DNA of 64,000 bases from Nitrosopumilus sp. (GCA_965207445.1 CBDBLX010000002.1:2071849-2135848); one strand, 5' to 3'. Counted from the first letter of the stretch, positions 28,747-38,555 are shown. Numbers and translations: made by a program. The notes: a model not told the origin generated them from the sequence alone.

Positions 28747-29946
28747 ATGTCAAAAAAAGGCATACTTGCATTTTCAGGTGGGCTTGATACATCAGTAGTC
28801 GTCAAATACCTCCAAGAAGAGCACGAACTAGACGTCATTACCGTAACAGTAGATGTAGGTCAAAACGATAACAAAAAAGAGATTGCAGCAAAAGCAAAGA
28901 GTTTGGGCGTTAGACGTCACTATAACATTGATGCAAAAACAGAGTTTGTCAATGATTATGTATTTCCAGCAATAAAAGCAAATGCCATGTATCAAGACAA
29001 GTACTGTCTTGCAACGGCACTAGCAAGACCACTCATTGCACAAAAAGTCTTAGAGATAGCAAAAAAAGAGAATGTCGTAGCGCTAGCACACGGATGCACA
29101 GGCAAGGGAAATGACCAAGTAAGATTTGATCTCACATTAAGGGCAGGATCAGACTTGCCAATTATAGCACCCATTAGAGAGAAGAATCTTGATAGAACAG
29201 CAGAATTGGAATTTGCAAGAATGCGAGGAATCAAAATTGATACTGTTGCAAGAAAGTATAGTATTGATCAGAATTTGTGGGGACGAGCAATAGAAGGCGG
29301 TGACATTGAGGATCCATACAAAGAACCGCCAGAGGATGCATTCACATGGGTAAATACAAAGAATACACCAGATACACCCACATATATTGAGATTGAATTT
29401 GAGCAGGGCATCCCCACCAAAGTGGATGGAAGGAAAATGAGTTCACAAAAAATAATTAATTATTTGAATACAAAGGCAGGTAAAACAGGTGTCGGAATAG
29501 TGGATCATATAGAGGATCGTACAGTGGGTTTAAAATCACGAGAGGTGTACGAAACTCCTGCTGCATTATGTGTAATAGAAGCACATTCAGATCTTGAGAA
29601 AATGGTACACACAGGCAGAACAGGCAGATTCAAAAAAGTTGTTGATACAGAGTGGGCATATTTAGCATATGCAGGACTATGGCATGACCCACTCAAAAAA
29701 TGCCTAGATAAATTCATAGAAGCATCTCAGGTGCCAGTGACTGGTACTGTTCGCCTCAAGCTATACAAGGGCAGTCTCAGGGTAGTGGGACGCAAATCAG
29801 ATAACTCACTTTATGATCGTACAGAGTCCACATATGGTGAAGACTCTACTTTTGACCAAAGAATGTCAATAGGCTTTGTCAATATGTGGGGAATGCAGCT
29901 TACAGAAGCTAATAAATTACAAGAAAAGAGGGCAAAAAAATCATGA
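28747..29946 (+). CDS. argG: Argininosuccinate synthase
   Basis: Motifs LAFSGGLDTS, HGCTGKGNDQVRF and KSREVYE. Start set at ATG 28747. Confidence 0.97.
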   Translation: MSKKGILAFSGGLDTSVVVKYLQEEHELDVITVTVDVGQNDNKKEIAAKAKSLGVRRHYNIDAKTEFVNDYVFPAIKANAMYQDKYCLATALARPLIAQKVLEIAKKENVVALAHGCTGKGNDQVRFDLTLRAGSDLPIIAPIREKNLDRTAELEFARMRGIKIDTVARKYSIDQNLWGRAIEGGDIEDPYKEPPEDAFTWVNTKNTPDTPTYIEIEFEQGIPTKVDGRKMSSQKIINYLNTKAGKTGVGIVDHIEDRTVGLKSREVYETPAALCVIEAHSDLEKMVHTGRTGRFKKVVDTEWAYLAYAGLWHDPLKKCLDKFIEASQVPVTGTVRLKLYKGSLRVVGRKSDNSLYDRTESTYGEDSTFDQRMSIGFVNMWGMQLTEANKLQEKRAKKS

Positions 29947-30119
29947 CTAGTAGTAATTGTGCAGAATGTGACGCAGTACTTGACATACCAGATGATGCCG
30001 AAATAGGTGAGATCATATCATGTCCTGAATGCGGAGCAGACTATGAAATTGCAGGAAGAGACGAGACGAGTGTCAAGTTAAAGCAGGCAGAGACTGTGGG
30101 TGAAGACTGGGGAGAGTAA
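29943..30119 (+). CDS. lysW: Amino-group carrier protein LysW/ArgW, copy 1
   Basis: Not in the ORF track. Translation MTSSNCAECD...CPECGADYE...AETVGEDWGE* has the canonical C-terminus. Confidence 0.95.
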   Translation: MTSSNCAECDAVLDIPDDAEIGEIISCPECGADYEIAGRDETSVKLKQAETVGEDWGE

Positions 30120-30122
30120 GCA

Positions 30123-31019
30123 ATGACGAAGCTTTGCATCGTCTTTGATCGACTCAGGTCAGAAGAAAAGATGCTCAAAAGTGAAGCAGAGTCACTCGGA
30201 TGCCAGATATCCCTGCTAGATGCAAAGACTGCGCACCTAGACACAGACACGAAACTCGACGAGTTGATCTCAGGTGATGTGACACTTGAGAGATGCATAA
30301 GTTACTTTAGGGGACTGCACATGACAGCGGCACTCGAATCAATGAACATGCCTGTGATAAACTCGTATGATGTTGCCAGTGTATGTGGAAACAAGATGAT
30401 AATGACACTCAGACTTAAGAATGCCAGAGTTGCAACCCCAAAGACGTATTTTGCATTCTCATCAGATACGGTTAAAGATGTAGTTGAGAGTGCCAAATAC
30501 CCACTTGTGATAAAGCCGGTCATAGGGAGTTGGGGAAGAGGTGTCGTACCCATATATGATGAAGATACGCTCATGGCAATACTAGAGGCAAGAACAGTCA
30601 CCGATGGTCCATTTGATCGCATATTTTATCTGCAAGAGATCATCAATAGTTCAGGGCATCTGAGGGGTGAGCAAAAGCGCCGTGACATTAGAGTTATCAT
30701 GGTAGGTGATGAGCCGATATCTGCAATGTACAGAGACGCAGCAGGTGGATTTAGGGCAAATGTGGCAGTTGGTGGCGAGCCGAAGCCATGTGAGATAACA
30801 CCACAGATGGCAGAATTGGCAATAGCAGCATCAAAAGCAGTTGGTGGGGGTATACTAGGAGTAGACATGATGGAGAAGAGTAATGACAATCAAGATGGAG
30901 ACGAGTTAATAGTGCACGAGGTCAACAATACAGTAGAGTTTAAAGGAATCTCAAAAGTGTCACAAAAAAACATACCAAAAGCAATGATACAGTATGCCAT
31001 AGATGTGGCAAGACGATAA
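30123..31019 (+). CDS. argX: LysW ligase (ATP-grasp), probably glutamate-specific ArgX by gene context
   Basis: Motifs KPVIGSWGRG, RDIRV and HEVNNTVEF; lies between argG-lysW and argC. Confidence 0.85.
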   Translation: MTKLCIVFDRLRSEEKMLKSEAESLGCQISLLDAKTAHLDTDTKLDELISGDVTLERCISYFRGLHMTAALESMNMPVINSYDVASVCGNKMIMTLRLKNARVATPKTYFAFSSDTVKDVVESAKYPLVIKPVIGSWGRGVVPIYDEDTLMAILEARTVTDGPFDRIFYLQEIINSSGHLRGEQKRRDIRVIMVGDEPISAMYRDAAGGFRANVAVGGEPKPCEITPQMAELAIAASKAVGGGILGVDMMEKSNDNQDGDELIVHEVNNTVEFKGISKVSQKNIPKAMIQYAIDVARR

Positions 31020-31091
31020 GCACACTTACAATCGAGTAACTAAAAGTAAAAAATATGCAGGACATAAATTATAGCGCAGAATTGCAGATGT

Positions 31092-32141
31092 ATGGTAAGA
31101 GTAGGTGTAATTGGTGCATCAGGATATGTGGGTGGCGAGACACTCAGGCTACTTGTAACACACCCAAAAGCAGAGATTGCAATGGTGACATCAAGACAGC
31201 ACGTGGGTCAATATCTTCACAGAATACAACCAAGTCTCAAAGGATTCACCGATCTGACATTCTCAGAGATGGATTATGACAAGGTATCTGACAAGTGTGA
31301 TCTAGTATTTACAGCAGTTCCACACGGAACGGCAACTGAGATAGTAAAGGCACTATATGACAGAGGTATAAAGATAATTGACTTGAGTGCAGATTATAGG
31401 CTGCACAATCAAGAAGGGTATGATAAATGGTATGGATGGGAACACTCACATCCAGATTATTTGGCAAAATCAGTATATGGTGTACCAGAGCTTCATAGAG
31501 ATGCCATCAAAGGTGCACAACTAGTCTCATGTCCAGGATGTATGGCAGTCACATCAATGCTTGCACTAGCGCCGCTTGTTAAAAATGATATTATAGATAC
31601 AGATCATATAGTAGTAGACTCTAAGATAGGCTCATCAGGTGCAGGGTCAGGTTCTGGAACTGCGCATGCTATGAGGGCAGGCGTCATCAGACCATACAAG
31701 CCTGCAAAGCATAGACATACAGGTGAGATTGAACAAGAGTTGAGTGAGATTGCAGGAAAAAAGATCAGAGTTTCAATGTCTCCACATGCAGTTGATGTGG
31801 TCAGAGGCATACTGTGTACAAATCACACATTTATGAAAAAAGACATTGATGAAAAAGAGTTATGGAAAGTATACAGGACAGCATATGGTGATGAAAAGTT
31901 TGTCAGACTCATTCGTGACAAAAAGGGATTGTACAAGTTCCCTGATCCAAAGTTTTTGGTAGGCTCTAACTTTTGTGACGTTGGATTTGACATTGATGAG
32001 GACAACAAGCGACTAGTTGCTTTATCAGCATCAGATAATCTGATGAAAGGTGCAGCAGGTTCTGCCATACAAAACATGAATGTAATGTGTGGTTTTGAGG
32101 AAGCAGAAGGGTTATTGCACACACCATTGACACCAGTATAA
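31092..32141 (+). CDS. argC: [LysW]-aminoadipyl/glutamyl-phosphate reductase (ArgC/LysY)
   Basis: Motifs GASGYVGGE, DLSADYRL, SCPGC and DNLMKGAAG. Confidence 0.96.
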   Translation: MVRVGVIGASGYVGGETLRLLVTHPKAEIAMVTSRQHVGQYLHRIQPSLKGFTDLTFSEMDYDKVSDKCDLVFTAVPHGTATEIVKALYDRGIKIIDLSADYRLHNQEGYDKWYGWEHSHPDYLAKSVYGVPELHRDAIKGAQLVSCPGCMAVTSMLALAPLVKNDIIDTDHIVVDSKIGSSGAGSGSGTAHAMRAGVIRPYKPAKHRHTGEIEQELSEIAGKKIRVSMSPHAVDVVRGILCTNHTFMKKDIDEKELWKVYRTAYGDEKFVRLIRDKKGLYKFPDPKFLVGSNFCDVGFDIDEDNKRLVALSASDNLMKGAAGSAIQNMNVMCGFEEAEGLLHTPLTPV

Positions 32142-32240
32142 GCGGTAATACCTTTCTAGAAAGAGCATAAACAATTCCAAATAATGCGCCAGTAGATGTG
32201 CCTAAAATTACACCAGCCAATACCTGCCCACCTTTTGCCA
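32142..32240 (-). pseudogene. 99-bp duplicated internal fragment of cbtA
   Basis: Matches 34097-34196 except for one substitution and one 1-nt deletion. Confidence 0.93.
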
Positions 32241-32327
32241 ATGTAAACTGCAGCACAGAACTTGCAGATACAAGTTACATTACAGTTTCAATATCATATT
32301 GCAAAAATCTACAGCTTGATCGAGTAT

Positions 32328-32726
32328 CTACAACTGTACCGTATTTGTAAGGTTAGATGTCAGACGCGCACTATGCCATGCGCTTGCAACCACATATGCA
32401 CAACTTGTACCAAGTATGATGACTGTAATGTTTGTAAAAGGAGCATGTACAACACCCATAGATATCATTACAAAAAAGGTACTTGAAACCATTGCAACAG
32501 TTATCAAGGATGCATGCATTTTTGTGCGAATACCTGTATGTCCATATACTATTACAACAAAGCATAGCAATATAGGCAGTGCACATAATGACCAAAGTCC
32601 AATGTCAATTGGCACAGAGTAAAGCATAGGTATGACAGATACAATTGACGCACCTGCAAACATATATCCAAGCAAAGTTTTTATCATGTCCCCAACCCCG
32701 AAATAAAATTCATTATCATATCCCAA
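32328..32726 (-). CDS. Hypothetical multi-pass membrane protein (accessory)
   Basis: About four hydrophobic segments; no recognisable family. The start is uncertain. Confidence 0.5.
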   Translation of the reverse strand: MGYDNEFYFGVGDMIKTLLGYMFAGASIVSVIPMLYSVPIDIGLWSLCALPILLCFVVIVYGHTGIRTKMHASLITVAMVSSTFFVMISMGVVHAPFTNITVIILGTSCAYVVASAWHSARLTSNLTNTVQL

Positions 32727-32804
32727 TTTTCACGAATCCATGTTAATCCTTGCCGGCTAACAAAATGCCAAGTATTTCAAGCAATCTTTCTTTGGACATA
32801 AAAT

Positions 32805-32969
32805 TCACTCATCTGGCAATGACTCTACTCTTGACTTTAAACCACTTAATTCTTCAAGATAGTTATTCATTGCGCTCACGTTATCATCAGTTGGACCCCC
32901 ACTTAGAGAGCGCATCTTTGAAAGTATGACGCCTACTTCTGACGTAAGAGATTCTTCCGTATCACTCAT
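32805..32969 (-). CDS. Short hypothetical ORF (54 aa), possibly a truncated remnant
   Basis: MSDTEESLTSEVGVILSKMRSLSGGPTDDNVSAMNNYLEELSGLKSRVESLPDE*, with a TATA-like element upstream. Confidence 0.35.
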   Translation of the reverse strand: MSDTEESLTSEVGVILSKMRSLSGGPTDDNVSAMNNYLEELSGLKSRVESLPDE

Positions 32970-33046
32970 GTGTATTGTATACATATTTCATATATAAGTA
33001 ATTAGATTCGAGGATTATTTGAAAACTCGATTGATGGAACTGTAGT

Positions 33047-33100
33047 TGGTTTTTGAGGAAGCAGAATGGTTGTTGCACACACCGTTGACACCGGTATAAG
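33047..33100 (+). repeat. Diverged second copy of the argC 3' end (att-like direct repeat)
   Basis: Matches 32090-32142 with 4 substitutions and 1 extra T, and includes the stop codon. Confidence 0.9.
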
Positions 33101-33374
33101 GTTAGATTGTATAGTGTGTTTCAAAGTACTAAGAAACAATTTATACATACATATGCAATCATACTCTTTCTAAAAGACAGATTTTCACATTTATCTTTGT
33201 GACGCTTTTCTTCAAAAAAGCACAATCTAACTCTGCATTAAATACTAGTCTGTATAGTAATTAATTCACTTTGTATAGTATATTGTGTTAAGTTTTAGAT
33301 TTTCATAAAGATAATTAAATATTCATATATTTTTATTTGGTTTGATGATATCTTGTTTATTGTTTCTAGTTATG

Positions 33375-33425
33375 TACTCAAAATCACACTCAAAATCACA
33401 CTCAAAATTATACTCAAAATCACAC
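33375..33425. repeat. 12-bp tandem repeat (ACTCAAAATCAC) x~4
   Basis: Read directly from the sequence. Confidence 0.85.
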
Positions 33426-33650
33426 ATAACACCATTACACATCTTACAAATTACTGTGGTCAAAAATTACAACTATTTTACCATGAGACTTTGTAGTATG
33501 TTTGAAATCGGCGCACCCCACCCATTTACATCAAGAAACACGTATCATACGCCCAATTTATTATAAAATAAAAATGAAAAGTATATACTAATCACATACA
33601 TTTTTACTATAAAGACAAATAGATGAAATAATCACAGGATATAGAATTTA

Positions 33651-34391
33651 TCATCTTGGAGTGTTGTCTATTGACTTGCCATCAGATTCAAGTCTAAACT
33701 TTTGCCAAAGTGCACCCATGACAAAGGCAAGGGTTATCCAAAATATCGTAACTGCAATAACTGACATTACCCTGAATCCGTTGACCAAATCCATCGGGGC
33801 CGTAACTTCGTCGGGGTTTGGTGGCATTAGTGCAAACACACATACAATAAATACTGCATAGCCAGCAAATGCTACAAACTTTTTGCCCTTTGCCAATCTC
33901 TTATAAAGTTGATAAAATCCTACGACCCCAAATCCAGAGATTGCAATAAATGATAGATACAAAATTGCACGCAGTACTACAGTTTCACCATCTCCAACTG
34001 TTGGAGGGTTTGCAGGATATTTCAAAAACGGAATGATGTAAATTGAAAACCACATTACAGTAGCCAACACAAACGCCTTTTTCATGTCACTTCCTTGCGG
34101 CAATACCTTTCTAGAAAGAGCATAAACAATTCCAAATAATGCGCCAGTAGATGTGCCTAAAATTACACCAGCCAATACCTGCCCACCTTTTTGCCAGTCT
34201 CTGTAAGTTGTGTACTCTACCCAGAACTCTGGTGTGTCTTTCTCCTCACCAGATGCAAACAAATTTTGATTCTCTATTCCAATTGCCTCATCCAAATACG
34301 GCTCAACAATTACAAGATTTGCCATTCCATGAACGGTTCCAGCAAATGCACCAGATATCAAAACTATTGTAAGAAAAAGAGCGGTCTTCAT
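33651..34391 (-). CDS. cbtA: Putative cobalt transporter subunit CbtA
   Basis: Multi-TM protein with IPFLKYPANPPTVGD; downstream of His-rich cbtB. Confidence 0.9.
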   Translation of the reverse strand: MKTALFLTIVLISGAFAGTVHGMANLVIVEPYLDEAIGIENQNLFASGEEKDTPEFWVEYTTYRDWQKGGQVLAGVILGTSTGALFGIVYALSRKVLPQGSDMKKAFVLATVMWFSIYIIPFLKYPANPPTVGDGETVVLRAILYLSFIAISGFGVVGFYQLYKRLAKGKKFVAFAGYAVFIVCVFALMPPNPDEVTAPMDLVNGFRVMSVIAVTIFWITLAFVMGALWQKFRLESDGKSIDNTPR

Positions 34392-34409
34392 ATTATATCA
34401 CTTTGTAGT

Positions 34410-34628
34410 TTAATGACATGGAAAGCCTGCAGCATGTCTCATATCATGTGTCAATTCGTGAATGTAGAGATCTTCAAATGCCTGTTCTCCAAATGCAATA
34501 CTAAAGATGTGTCCTTGATCATACCCTACAACAAACAAACCAAACGCAAAGACAAACGCCAAGATTACGATTGCAAAAATTGGAATAGGTCTATCTGTTG
34601 TTGTAACTTGTGTTGGTGATGTTGACAT
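34410..34628 (-). CDS. cbtB: Putative cobalt transporter subunit CbtB
   Basis: One TM helix and the C-terminal HELTHDMRHAAGFPCH motif. Confidence 0.93.
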   Translation of the reverse strand: MSTSPTQVTTTDRPIPIFAIVILAFVFAFGLFVVGYDQGHIFSIAFGEQAFEDLYIHELTHDMRHAAGFPCH

Positions 34629-34660
34629 ATAATCCAGAAAAAATGCCTTGTTATTAAACC

Positions 34661-34679
34661 ATTGGACGTCTCATCCAAT
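34661..34679. promoter_or_regulatory. Candidate operator palindrome ATTGGA-N7-TCCAAT between divergent TATA-like boxes
   Basis: Perfect 6-bp inverted repeat just upstream of the cbtB TATA-like element (34651-34658). Confidence 0.5.
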
Positions 34680-34731
34680 TTATATAGCTGACACATTAGA
34701 TAATTTGGCAAATTATCCTCATACATATACA

Positions 34732-34811
34732 GGTACAGTTCAACCTCTTCCCAAATTTAGGCACAAATTTACCGCCTAACGTCTGGCGCAGGTACGGGGT
34801 TGAACGGTTAC
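34732..34811 (+). mobile_element. MITE family A copy (80 bp)
   Basis: Interior nearly identical to the 21824 copy; right end GTTGAACGGTTAC; left end degenerate. Confidence 0.88.
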
Positions 34812-34902
34812 ATGGCATCAAGGCCAGTAAGTTATATCGTATAAAAAACAGACAGATTATTCAATACGTTATATATATAGTAAAATAAGCAATTAAGAGC
34901 AA

Positions 34903-35544
34903 ATGCACAATCAGATCAAAATTCTACAAAGTATTATTACAAAAAAGAGATCTAACAAGATCTTAACATTTAGTGCACCACATGTTTTTTTGGCATTAGA
35001 GTTGTTATCAGGACAAAAGTACACAAGTAGAAAGACACTTTGCAAAGAGTTGCACATAGGTGAAGGTGCTACGAGAACATTAGTATCACACCTAAAACAA
35101 TCCGGACTTGCAGATTCAATCAGGGCAGGAACATATCTTACACAAAAAGGAGTACGTTTTGCAAAGAAATTCTTCGAGGTCATTCCGTCTCAATGTACAT
35201 TCAATCTATGTCATATTGCAAAGGCCAAATACAATCACGGAGTTCTTTTAAGAGATTATGCAACATATGTTAAAAGTGGAATAGACCAGCGCGACTATGC
35301 AATATTATATGGAGCAAAAGGCGCAACTACACTATCCTTTGAAAACAATCGATTTGTCTTTGTCGGAGAGACAAAGGATTGTCTAAGAGATGATCCAAAA
35401 ACAAAAAACATTCTACTAGAAAATCTAAAACCTCAAGAAAACGATCTCATCATAATCGGATCATCTGATGAAAAGTTTGTTGCAAAGATATCTGCAATAA
35501 ACTCTGTGTTATGTACACTAATGTCTCATGAAAAACATCATTAG
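34903..35544 (+). CDS. Winged-HTH transcriptional regulator (DUF4443-like), divergent from cbtBA
   Basis: SRKTLCKELHIGEGATRTL HTH and GIDQRDYAILYGAKGATTL C-terminal domain. Confidence 0.78.
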   Translation: MHNQIKILQSIITKKRSNKILTFSAPHVFLALELLSGQKYTSRKTLCKELHIGEGATRTLVSHLKQSGLADSIRAGTYLTQKGVRFAKKFFEVIPSQCTFNLCHIAKAKYNHGVLLRDYATYVKSGIDQRDYAILYGAKGATTLSFENNRFVFVGETKDCLRDDPKTKNILLENLKPQENDLIIIGSSDEKFVAKISAINSVLCTLMSHEKHH

Positions 35545-35924
35545 AGTTACATATTTTTAATCTAGTCTATCCACTTTGGCAACAAGATGGAACTAAATAA
35601 TCATATAGATTAGTAGATCTAAACATATTATTAATTAACATATACGTATCATACAAACAGGCAGGATGTAAAAGGCCAGGATACAAAAGGTCATTTTATT
35701 GTCAAATTATAAATAATCATATTTATGTGAAGGTATTGGTATAACGCTGTGTAAACACAGAAAAGCTGGCAACAGTATCAGTGTAAAAAAGCAGGTAAAA
35801 GAATTACTAGTTAAAATATGATTTCTGTATTTCACCCCAATTACATAGGTGAACAGTACAAATAAAACAAAACAAAACAATACAATACATATCATTATTA
35901 TTGAGAATATAGACACAATGGATA

Positions 35925-36725
35925 ATGATTACCATAAAAATAGGCGGAAGTGTGGTAGATGAGATGCATCCATCAGTAATACAAGATCTCAAAAAAGTGG
36001 CACGTTATGAGAGTGTGATTATAGTGCATGGTGGCGGTAAGTCGGTAACAGAGATGTCTCAAAAGATGGGAAAAGAGCCTAGATTTGTCACGTCGCCTAG
36101 TGGCATCAAGAGTAGATATACAGACAAGGAGACAGCAGAGATATTTACAATGGTGATGTCAGGAAAAATAAACAAGGAAATAGTTCGACTCTTACAAGAA
36201 AACGGCATAAACGCAGTAGGATTATCAGGTGTAGATGCGTGTCTGATAAGGGCAAAACGTAAACAAAAATTAATCATAATAAATGATAAAGGTCGCAAGC
36301 AGATAATTGATGGTGGATACACAGGAAAGATAACAGAAGTAAATTCAGGATTTATCAAGAATCTACTTGGGCAAGGAATCATTCCAGTAATATCGCCTGT
36401 TGCAATAAGTGAAGAGTATGATATGCTCAATGTGGATGGGGACAGGGCGGCTGCAAATGTTGCAGGTGCGACAAGGTGTGACAAGGTACTGTTTGTCACA
36501 AATGTCGATGGACTAGTATTAGATGACAAGCTCGTAACAAAAATCTCAAAACAAGATGCAGAAAAAGCAATGCCAAGTATAGGTCCAGGTATGGAAAAAA
36601 AGATATTGGCATCCACAGAAGCAATTGAGATGGGTGTGCATACTGCATTGATTGCAAATGGAAAACGAGAAAACCCAATATCAATGGCAATAGCAGAGAA
36701 TAATTGTACTGTAATTAGGGAATGA
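35925..36725 (+). CDS. argB: [LysW]-aminoadipate/glutamate kinase (ArgB/LysZ)
   Basis: Motifs IKIGGS, VHGGG, NVDGDRAA and GMEKK. Confidence 0.95.
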   Translation: MITIKIGGSVVDEMHPSVIQDLKKVARYESVIIVHGGGKSVTEMSQKMGKEPRFVTSPSGIKSRYTDKETAEIFTMVMSGKINKEIVRLLQENGINAVGLSGVDACLIRAKRKQKLIIINDKGRKQIIDGGYTGKITEVNSGFIKNLLGQGIIPVISPVAISEEYDMLNVDGDRAAANVAGATRCDKVLFVTNVDGLVLDDKLVTKISKQDAEKAMPSIGPGMEKKILASTEAIEMGVHTALIANGKRENPISMAIAENNCTVIRE

Positions 36726-38035
36726 GTAAGATGTCTGATCATAGTAATGGTAATAACAACAATAATAGTAACGACAATAATAGTAACGACAATAGCAATA
36801 GAAATGACGGCAATAGTAAGGGTAACAACAACAACATAACAAACAAAGAAGACATTTACATGGGAAAGCTCTATCAGAGATTTCCCGTCACAGTAGAGCG
36901 TGGCGAGGGCGCACACATTTGGGATGTAAACAAGAATCAATATATCGACTGCATGGCAGGATATGGAGTTGCACTAGTAGGCCACCACAACAAGCGAGTC
37001 AATGATGCGATCATAAACCAACTCGACAAGATAATTACAGTACATAGTTCGTTGTACAACCAGACTCGAGAAAGATTTTTGGAAAAATTGATCAGTCTAG
37101 CTCCAAAAAACTTGGATCAGGTACACCTGAACAACAGTGGTGCAGAAGCAATAGAGGCTGCAATGAAATTTGCAAAAAAATACACTGGACGCAAAAAGAT
37201 GGTAGCTATGAAGGGCTCGTATCATGGCAAGTCACTTGGCGCCCTGTCAATCACGTTTGGTCCCAAATATAGAAAACCATTTGAGCCGCTTATACAAGGA
37301 GCAGAGTTTACAACGTTCGGTGACACCCAAGCACTATATGATACAGTAGATAAAGATACAGCATTTGTAATAATTGAACCTGTTCAAGGCGAGAGTGGGA
37401 TAAATGTTGCACCACCGGACTTTTTACAAAAAGCCAGAAACATATGTGACGAGTTTGGGGCATTGTTGATATTCGATGAGATCCAAGCAGGGCTTGGTAG
37501 AACAGGCAAACTGTGGGCATCAGAGCACTGGGGTGTTGCACCTGACATATTATGTCTTGCAAAGGGAATTGCAGGGGGTGTTCCGATGGGAGCTACAATA
37601 ACAAAATCAGAGATACTAGGTACAATGTCAAAGGGCGAGCACTCATCCACATTTGGCGGTAACCCACTATCGTGTGCAGCAGGAACTGCGACACTAGATG
37701 CACTCACACAAGATGGACTCGTAGAGAATGCAGATATAGTTGGACGAATATTTGCAGATGGCTTGCAAAAACTAAAAGAGAAACATCCAAAAATGATCAG
37801 AGACGTTCGCGGTATGGGATTAATGATTGGAGTAGAGTTAAAGTTTGAGGTTAGAGGTATACTTGAGCGATTAATCAATAGAGGAGTGTTAATGCTATAC
37901 TCTGGGCGAAACATACTTCGAGTGCTCCCACCGCTTGTAATATCAAAAGAGCAGGCATCGACAGTTTTAAGCACACTAGATGTTGTATTGGAAGAAGAGT
38001 TAAAGGCAAGACAAGGAGGCATCAATACACAATGA
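36722..38035 (+). CDS. argD: [LysW]-semialdehyde aminotransferase (ArgD/LysJ) with Asn-rich N-terminal insert
   Basis: Motifs NSGAEAIEAA, DEIQAGLGRTG, AKGIAGG and STFGGNP. Confidence 0.94.
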   Translation: MSKMSDHSNGNNNNNSNDNNSNDNSNRNDGNSKGNNNNITNKEDIYMGKLYQRFPVTVERGEGAHIWDVNKNQYIDCMAGYGVALVGHHNKRVNDAIINQLDKIITVHSSLYNQTRERFLEKLISLAPKNLDQVHLNNSGAEAIEAAMKFAKKYTGRKKMVAMKGSYHGKSLGALSITFGPKYRKPFEPLIQGAEFTTFGDTQALYDTVDKDTAFVIIEPVQGESGINVAPPDFLQKARNICDEFGALLIFDEIQAGLGRTGKLWASEHWGVAPDILCLAKGIAGGVPMGATITKSEILGTMSKGEHSSTFGGNPLSCAAGTATLDALTQDGLVENADIVGRIFADGLQKLKEKHPKMIRDVRGMGLMIGVELKFEVRGILERLINRGVLMLYSGRNILRVLPPLVISKEQASTVLSTLDVVLEEELKARQGGINTQ

Positions 38036-38457
38036 CACAGGTAAGAGACAAGACAGATGAGCAGATAATAAAGATGCTAAAGGAAAACTCACGTGTGCCA
38101 TTTGTTGATATTGGAAAGAAGATAGGCATCTCAGAGTCTGCGATCAGAAGGCGAGTAAAGAATTTACTTGATGGTAAGATAATCTCAAAATTTACAGTAG
38201 AGATGGGTGAGTCAGATCAGACAAGTGCCATTGTTTTTGTATCCACTGACTCGTCAATTGACACATCAAAGATATCTGCTAAATTATCAAAGATCGACGA
38301 GGTCAAAGTGGTATATGAAATTACAGGTCAATACGATATTGCAACTGTCATCAGTGCATTAAATATGAGTGACATCAATGCTGCAATTGACACGCTCAGA
38401 AAGATCAGTGGTGTTACGGATACGAATACGATAATAATACTCAAAAAAGTTACATGA
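38032..38457 (+). CDS. lysM: Lrp/AsnC-family regulator (LysM type)
   Basis: N-terminal HTH (ISESAIRRRV) and ITGQYD RAM domain; inside the lys/arg cluster. Confidence 0.85.
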   Translation: MTQVRDKTDEQIIKMLKENSRVPFVDIGKKIGISESAIRRRVKNLLDGKIISKFTVEMGESDQTSAIVFVSTDSSIDTSKISAKLSKIDEVKVVYEITGQYDIATVISALNMSDINAAIDTLRKISGVTDTNTIIILKKVT

Positions 38458-38555
38458 TCGATATTCGTACACTTTTTTCATATATGTGTCGAATATCATA
38501 AATAAACATCATAGAATCATCGAATAATGTACGATTATGCTTATATTTTCCTATT

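Noticed and set aside
31966..32256. 96-aa ORF containing CbtA-like sequence
   Set aside because: It is a chimeric frame made of the cbtA fragment and antisense argC.
32090..33100. Diversity-generating retroelement (template/variable repeat pair), since three differences between the argC-end copies are A to G
   Set aside because: The changes are synonymous third positions in a housekeeping enzyme, one is G to T, the repeat is only ~53 bp, and no reverse transcriptase is present.
34733..35859. Composite element formed by the 34732 MITE end and GGTGAACAGTAC at 35848-35859
   Set aside because: The match is short and imperfect, with no flanking duplication.
36059..36940. 293-aa minus-strand ORF and similar long antisense ORFs (20777-21400, 37384-38025)
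   Set aside because: They overlap well-supported genes on the opposite strand and have no motifs.
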